Source: Eledone cirrhosa (taxonomy: Eukaryota). From it: DNA of 64,000 bases. Below are positions 56,059 to 64,000 of this stretch, piece by piece. Position 1 is the stretch's first letter. Each line of letters begins with the position of its first letter. Made by a program: the position numbers and the translations under genes. The stretch is from positions 8,370,001 to 8,434,000 of the forward strand of contig OZ024765.1 in assembly GCA_964016885.1 (NCBI GenBank), read 5' to 3'. Below the pieces are notes generated by a model. That model was not told where the DNA came from. It ran no database searches and worked only from the letters and a program-made list of their open reading frames with translations.

Positions 56059-56620
56059 AATATATTAATAAATGGAAACTATATTTATAAAATCATAATT
56101 ATTTTATTATATATATTTCAAGGACGACCAAGGTAAATTATGGTGCGCTTTCATCAGATAAAATACAGATTTGTTTTATAAATAAATATTGACAAATCCA
56201 GCGAATTTCAACCGTTGAGGTTGTCTTTTTTCCGGGTATGTCAAAATTTATTTATAAAACAAATATGTATTTTATCTGATGAAAGCGCACCATAATTTAC
56301 CTTGGTCGCCCTTGAAATATATATAATAAAATAATTACCATCTTGTTTTTGTTTTTCACACAAAAACAAGATGGCGTAGGACAGAACAAATGAGAGGTAC
56401 AAAAACAAAGAAAAGAATCCCCAGTCACTGAAGAGGTCACAGAATGTGTGACGAAAGAACTTTGACAATATATAAACAATCATCTGGTTGTGGAACCAAC
56501 CAACCAACCAGAAATTTATAAATTCCTCAATTTATAAATTTATTATAATAAATTGAAGTGAAAGCAACTGGTGCGTGTGTTTCTTATTGGCAACATGACC
56601 CTCCCAAAGTATAACAATAT
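56059..56620. mobile_element. Hammerhead-bearing fold-back element fused to a copy of the 46001-46260 segment
   Basis: Mirror hammerheads near 56100-56165 (minus) and 56268-56333 (plus); 56360-56620 carries CTGAAGA-ggtcaca/tgtgac-GAAA. Confidence 0.72.
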
Positions 56621-57956
56621 CGGTTTCAACACACATTTTCAGATAAAGAATCTTGGTAAACAAATTCAGAAACGAAATATATATATATAGTTATGTAATA
56701 AACAACATAAGATAATTATTTCATTTACCAGTGGTTTCTTGATTCCGACGGAATTACTTGATTCACACACACATATATATATATAGAGTTCTATCTGCAT
56801 TGGAATTTACGAACTTGTGCATCTGCTGTGGTGTCAAAAGCAAACGCACATGACCGCACAAATAAACAATGGACCATGCCACGTGGCTTGAACCCGTAAG
56901 TGAATTGAAGGTTCTGCAACTCTGATACATAGATTATTTATTATTAAGATGTATAAACTTGACATAACTATTATCATCTTATATTCTCTCAACTAATCAC
57001 ACTTGATCATATTTCTCTATCCCGTTTTCTCCCCCCATAATTATTATATTTTTATTATTATTTGAAAAAATCGGTTTTTTTACATTGTGTTTTCCCCTCC
57101 AAATATTCGCTTATATTTCTTTATATATTCTCTATATATTTTTTTATCTTTATTATTTCCACTTTTATCCTCCTTTATATTTTACCTTATTCTTACTTTT
57201 ATACCTTATTATAGTGTAATCTTCCCCATGCCTTATTATACACTATTAATTATAGATTATTATTATTACTCTTTTTCCATTTCTAATTACCTCATGTACT
57301 TTCTCCTCCGCTATATATATATATATATTGTATGCCCTTTGTGTTTGTGTAGCCTCTGCGCACCCTCTGCACCATACTATCGACGCCACCCCATCTATGG
57401 TTCAGCTAACCACCCGACTCCCGGGAATGAATATGACCGCAGCTAGTAAACAAGGACCCACACCCCACCCTCCCGCACCAAAATTAGACTTATCGTCCCC
57501 TACTTTTGCTCTTTACTCTCTTTACTCTTTGTTCTTGAATGTTTGGTTGGTAGAGTCCATAACACCAATCAAACCCCTTTTATAGCTCTGACGAAGCCTA
57601 TGGTTACGTAAGGAAGAAACATTGTAAGCCAATAAAAATCTTTTGATGTTGTAGACGCTCTTGTGTTCTTTTTCATATATATATATATATATATATCCGG
57701 GAGCTTCCAACAGTAATGGTTGTATTTTTTAAGGGTATGTCAATATTTATTTATAAAACTGATCTATATTATATTTTGTCTGATGAAAGCACACCATAAT
57801 TTAACTTGGTGTCCTTGAAATATGTATAATGAAATAAATATGGTTTTATAAATATAGTTTCCATTTGTTAACATCGTATATGTAAAGTCAATATTTTTCA
57901 GATCACTGAGTTTTCTCATTCAATTTTGCTTCATATAACACATATATATATATATG

Positions 57957-58029
<73 letters not shown>

Positions 58030-58032
<3 letters not shown>

Positions 58033-58506
58033 AGCCATGTATAAAGAAACAGTCAGCAAGGTTAGAATTAACAACGAATATTGTGAAGAGTTTAGCGTAA
58101 AAGTTGGTGTTCATCAGGGCTCTGTTCTTAGCCCCCTACTATTTATTATTGCCCTTCAGGCTATAACAGTGGAGTTCAAGACCGGCTGCCCATGGGAACT
58201 CCTATACGCAGATGATCTAACGCTCATAGCTGAATCAATGGCCGAGCTAGAGAAGAAATTCCAAACATGGAAGCACGGCCTAGAATCAAAAGGCCTTAAA
58301 ATTAACCTGGCTAAGACTAAAGTTCTAGTTTGTAGGAAAGAAAATAAGGCGCCGGTCCCTTCCGGGAAATGGCCATGCTCAGTGTGTAGGAAAGGCGTAG
58401 GGAGAAACTCTATTTTATGTCCCAAATGCAAAGTATGGGTGCATAAAAGATGTAATGGGATCACAGGTAAGCTAACTAAGAACATAAATTTTACATATAT
58501 ATATAT

Positions 58507-58539
<33 letters not shown>

Positions 58540-59578
58540 GTTTAACGTCCATGTTCCACGATTGCATGGGTTTGGACGGGAGTTTTCCCACTTGAGGCAA
58601 GAGTGGTTGTCTTGCTCGCATAGGACTGTCTGGCGGGTTTTCTACAGCTGGATGCCCTTCCTAACACCAACCACATTTACAGTGTGGAACTGGGAGGTTT
58701 TTACCGTGTTGCCTACACGGCCACATTACAGCATGGACTGTGTGTTTTTTTGTCATGACACCTACACGATCTCATTTGTTTCGGCCTGGATGTTGTGGGA
58801 CCAACATAACTTTACATTGAAAGGGGCGGTGTGGATGGAGTGGGGGTGGTGGGACGGGGGTGTATTTTGTTAGAGATGCCTACTGACTGTAGTAGGTTTT
58901 ACTATGTATTTAGGTAAGGCGGGTCTTCTCTATTACTGAGTACCGCCAAAGATCTCGGTCCAGTGACATTGTCTTGGAGAGGTGTAAGTGTGTGAGGTCG
59001 GAATTTATCAACTCGTCCCAGGTTTTTCTGGGTCTGCCTACTCCGTGGCTACCGTCTATCTTTATTGCCCTGCACTTTTTTATACAGCTGTCGTCTTTCA
59101 TGCGCATCACATGACCATACCAACGTAGCCTTCTCTCGAGTAAACAACATCTGATCCCTCTTATTTCTAATTTTTCTCTTAGTTTGTTTATGCTTTGCCG
59201 TTCACGTATATTACTATTACACATCCAGCGGAGCATGCAAGCTTCGTTCCTCTCTAGTCTGCGTATATCCTCTGCATACAATGCCCAGGTCTCACTGCCA
59301 TGCAACATTGCTGTTCATATGCAGGCATCATATAGCCTGCCTTTCATTTTTAGGGAGAACCCTTTAGCGGCTAATAGTGGTATAAGCTCTCTGAACTTTT
59401 TCCATCCAGTTCTGACTCTAGCTACTGTACTTTCAGAGCATCCTCCCCCACTGCTGATTTTGTCACCCAGGTAACGGAAGCTGTCCACTATTTCTATAGA
59501 ACCCTCTGCGCAATTGAAAGAGCTAGTATTATGTAGGCACTTGCTGCTACTTATTGCACCAGAGCACCGGCCCACATA
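58030..59578. mobile_element. Rearranged RTE LINE: plus-strand RT core (58030-58490) facing a minus-strand 3' part (58505-59578)
   Basis: GVHQGSVLSPLLF, LLYADDL and a Cys-rich insert on plus; FRYLGD...WYGHVMRM plus 3' UTR on minus; about 60-bp direct repeat at 57884 and 59580. Confidence 0.85.
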
Positions 59579-59650
59579 TAAAGTCAATATTTTTCAGATC
59601 ACTGAGTTTTCTCATTCGTTTTTACTTCATATAACACATATATATATATG

Positions 59651-59729
<79 letters not shown>

Positions 59730-59751
59730 CATATATATATACATATATAGC

Positions 59752-59798
<47 letters not shown>

Positions 59799-60028
59799 CA
59801 TATATGTGTGTGTTATATAAAGATACAATAAATAACACCTCACAACCTTTGTTGTTGTTATTGCTACTGTTGTTGTCACACCTTAAATCTGCCAACGAAT
59901 TTTTCCTTTTCTTACAGTTTTACACCTCTTTTCACTTTTTCTTTCTCTTCATTTCTTTTCAAAAATAAAACACTAAAAACTCAACCAACAAAACAAAACA
60001 AAGCCCATTATTCCATATATATATATAT

Positions 60029-60076
<48 letters not shown>

Positions 60077-60079
<3 letters not shown>

Positions 60080-60455
60080 GGCGCATGACTTAGTGGTTAG
60101 AGTATTGGGCTTGCAATCGAAAGGTTGTGAGTTCAATTCTCAGACCGGGTGATGTGTTGTTTCCTTGAGCAAGACACTTTATTTCACATTGCTCCAGTTT
60201 ACTCAGCTGTAGAAATGAGATGATAGGGACTGGGGTCCCTATCATCCCACTGCAAAGTGGTCGTGGAGGGGCCACGGCAAAAAAGTACCCACCACTCACT
60301 GTAAATGAGGTTGGTGTTAGGAAGGGCATCCAGCTATAGAAATCATGCCAGAATCAGTTCCCGTATGAGCAAGACAAGGTCAGCCGACCGGACACTGCCG
60401 ACAATAGGACAACCTGTCTAACCCATGCTAGCGTGGAAGAACGGATGTAAAACGT
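60077..60455 (+). mobile_element. CORE-like SINE with the longer RTE family B tail
   Basis: Same head as 12323; tail gtatgagcaag...aacccatgctagc as in 44351-44470. Confidence 0.82.
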
Positions 60456-60476
60456 AAATTTAAGGTAAAAGACTAA

Positions 60477-62767
60477 TTGCTCCCTTGTTTTGATTAGGAT
60501 CTAGACGGGAAGTGGAACCCTTTCTGCAACTTCCGGTCAGAGCCCTATAAAACTAACAACTTTAAGCTTCCTTTCTCTCTTTGCCTTTTCGGCACCAGGT
60601 CAAGAGCCTCTCATTTGGCTCTGCCATTAATTTGGCCAACAGGCGCCTGGCCTTAGCCAGGCGCCCTCTGCCAGCCGCGTTTGCCTGGCAATCAAAACGG
60701 TAACTACTAACTTTGTTTCATTCTAACATCTATCTTTGACATGTCAAGTATTCTATCTACCGTTAATTAAATATTATATACACAAACATTGTCTCGTTTT
60801 GTTACATTCATACACCCAGTAATCTCGCTATATTGGTAACCCTGACGTGATACGAACACGCAGCCGTTCATCGCTATAAGTGGTCACCCCCAAAAAAAGA
60901 AAAAAATAGCACATCTGGTTTTGTGAGTAACATTACGAATACACAGCAAATTTAGCGACAAACTATGAAAATACTCAAGGACACGCACACACGCACATGT
61001 GGAATTCGCACAGACATACTTTTTCTCTCACGCATCAATTAACTGTCGCATTTCACCAATATATATATATATGTTTCTCGTTTCTTACAACGAACACTTT
61101 CAAAACAAAAAAAACATTTCACGATATATATATATGTTTCTCGTTTCTTACAACGAACTCTTTCAAAACACACAAAAAAAAAAAAGAAATTTGATATTCT
61201 TGAAAAAACATTTCAACAGGAACATTTATTTTCGATGAACTATTGCCTTTTGTTCTTCGTTTTCTTCATCGTTCAAGTTTTTTGTTTTTTTCCAAAGTTC
61301 ACACCTATAATTATGCTGATTGAAGCCTTTCTTTTTCATCATTGTCACTTTCAAAATTGCACTATCATTTTCTCGCGCGTTAGAAATATTTTTTTTTCAA
61401 CCTTGTATTGGCACGTGTAGGCAGCATAAATTCTCGATTCACTGAGATGTCTCTACTCACAGACAGCCGCACGCCATTTATCACCAGGGATTCTTCAGCC
61501 TTAAGCTATATTCTTCTATTTGCCGGTTTATAAATTTACAATGTAAATTTACCGTTGATAACCGCGCATTTATTAAGAATGCTTATTTCTCTGGTCGCTG
61601 GCCTCTTGACCCTTCCAGGTCAACGCATTCTCAACATCGACCATCAACTTCGGCTGCTATTTCTAGCACTTTGCGCAACTCATTTTTTTCTAGAAAGAAA
61701 TTTTTTTACTGTGAATTTAAACACCGAATACGCTCACTCAGCGAGACAACAGCAGCAGCAACAGCAATATAACAGCAACAGAATGCTTATTTCTCTGGTC
61801 GCTGGCCTCTTGACCCTTCCAGGTCAACGCATTCTCAACATCGACCATCAACTTCGGCTGCTATTTATAGCACTTTGCGCAACTCATTTTTTTCTAGAAA
61901 AAAATTTTTTTACTGTGAATTTAAACACCGAATACGCTCACTCAGCGAGACAACAGCAGCAGCAACAGCAATATAACAGCAACAGCAATACATCAACACA
62001 GCTTCACCAAAGCCAGAGAATTTATTTTTGCAGCACTCTTCCTGTGAGAAAATCCATTCGGAGGTTGGAAATTTCACGATATACCACAGAACAGAAACCA
62101 CCTGCATTCATTCTCTGGAACACACTTTCTTTCCAGCTGTCATGTGATTGCACACCTGTGAACTATATTTTGAACTTTGAGCTCTTCTATTACTTTTACT
62201 TTATTACATTGTATCTTTGGGTGATGGATAGATGGATGTCCAGTCGTTCTCTGGCCAAGAGCGGTTGGCTACCTTGATATCTATCATTGATTTTTCCAGA
62301 CATTCTTTTGTCGTAATTTTCATGCCTGTTACAACATTCTCGCCAACTTGCTACATATTTTCATTTCGATTTTTATACACTAAAATTCTGGCGGGAGGTT
62401 ATGTAGCGGTTGTCTCCCTTGTTTTGATTAGGATCTAGACGGGAAGTGGAACCCTTTCTGCAACTTCCGGTCAGAGCCCTATAAAACTAACAACTTTAAG
62501 CTTCCTTTCTCTCTTTGCCTTTTCGGCACCAGGTCAAGAGTCTTCTCATTTGGCTCTGCCATTAATTTGGCCAACAGGCGCCTGGCCTTAGCCAGGCGCC
62601 CTCTGCCAGCCGCGTTTGCCTGGCAATCAAAACGGTAACTACTAACTTTGTTTCATTCTAACATCTATCTTTGACATGTCAAGTATTCTATCTACCGTTA
62701 ATTAAATATTATATACACAAACATTGTCTCGTTTTGTTACATTCATACAACCAGTGATCTCGCTATA
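60477..62767 (+). mobile_element. Non-autonomous LTR retrotransposon (LTRs 60477-60832 and 62402-62767)
   Basis: Near-identical about 360-bp direct repeats; tgtagcg...cgctata termini; PBS tggtaaccctgacgtgat (60834-60851); purine tract ggcgggagg before the 3' LTR; no gag/pol recognised. Confidence 0.85.
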
Positions 62768-62834
62768 TATCTTTTGCATTTGAATTTATATTCTATATCT
62801 ATGGCTGCATTGTCCTGGCCTTACAACTCCAAAC

Positions 62835-62883
<49 letters not shown>

Positions 62884-63013
62884 ATACTTCCTGGCGCCGA
62901 AGGTGCTTCGTCCTCAAGGGTGCACCCTAATTTTGACAACAACAAAAAAAAACTTCAACCCTTTTGAGACTTATTTTAGGGAAAAAGTACTGTTTTCCAT
63001 GCTGGGAAATATG

Positions 63014-63088
<75 letters not shown>

Positions 63089-64000
63089 CATATATTAGAT
63101 GGTAAACGGGATGTAAACAAGAGAAGAAAAGTATCCCTTCATCAGCTGTTTACTACAGATAATAGATGTTTCGTATGGAAATATCAATATATCAATAGCT
63201 ATTTAAGTCATGAGTCCTTCCATCCACCTTTCTTCATTCAAAATGAATAAGCCAGGGAAGTTTGAGCTCGAAGAGTATCGAACTTATTCAACAAACTTAT
63301 ATATAAGAATAGCAAACTTACTACCTTACCGCTCAAAAACAAACACAGAACAATTGAGGAAGTCACCGCAATTATTGAAGAAATTATAACCGAGTGAACA
63401 TATTCAGGTAGTGTTCAAGCACCCTGTATATCACTGTTCGTAAAGCCCTTCGAATGACTGTATCAATTCAATAAAACCATCCCCTTTTCCCCCTATAGTA
63501 GACATAACCCAAGAAAAAACACCATAATAAGTCGCTCCCCGCTCCACCCACACCCTTTCTCCACACTCACTCATCCCACTAACACCTCTACTAATACACA
63601 CACACACCCTCCTCACTCCAACTTTCACACCTACCCATCCTCGCCCCTTTACCATTCCACCCGACTGCTGCTATGCCCTCTGACCACCTCCCAGCACAAA
63701 CAGACACACAGCACTCCCACCGCCTTGACCACTTCCTGTTGCGCGCGCACCCCACATCTCTCCTCTTCCGACCATCTCTTCATGGAATACTCGTATGTGG
63801 AACTTGACCACCGGGGAATCTACTAACATCATAGGAGTTTACCAACATTTCAACCTCATCCTCTTACGGAATCACCTATATAACTCACCCACACACACAC
63901 CCCAAAAAATGTTTTTTCTCCCACACGCCACCTACACCCACATGACGCTTAAACCCCCCACACACGTGCTTTCCACCACATAGTTACACCTTCAGCCTCC

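Noticed and set aside
61555-62277. 240-aa ORF in the LTR element interior
   Set aside because: Built from a tandem duplication and CAG repeats; no gag, protease or RT motifs
63100-64000. Possible further decayed PLE fragment
   Set aside because: Only vague similarity; no intact motif to support a call

Overview
AT-rich, microsatellite-laden metazoan genomic DNA. The SINE/RTE repertoire and gene content point to a coleoid cephalopod, probably an octopus (inference). Three spliced protein-coding genes can be reconstructed by hand. (1) DCTN2 (dynamitin) exons 1-2, minus strand, continuing off the left edge. (2) A complete 3-exon PYM1/WIBG on the plus strand, head-to-head with DCTN2 across a 677-bp gap between start codons. 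(3) A 6-exon, about 640-aa secreted protein on the minus strand: signal peptide, putative lysozyme-like domain, VWA domain and three chitin-binding type-2-like repeats. The rest is mostly retroelement debris (RTE, CR1, R4/Dong-like LINEs, two tRNA-derived SINE families, a decayed Penelope-like element, a non-autonomous LTR element), MITEs and minisatellites; most long ORFs in the supplied track are repeat artefacts. The most striking hidden signal is a set of short fold-back (palindromic) elements from several sequence families, sitting in or next to (TA)n tracts. They carry minimal type-I hammerhead ribozyme motifs with palindromic helix III, a recurrent pyrimidine mismatch at the 4th pair of helix II, sometimes very long helix II, and a shared ACTC...GAGTRCT motif near the 3' end. 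All assignments were made by eye; no searches or folding programs were run, and repeat boundaries are approximate.
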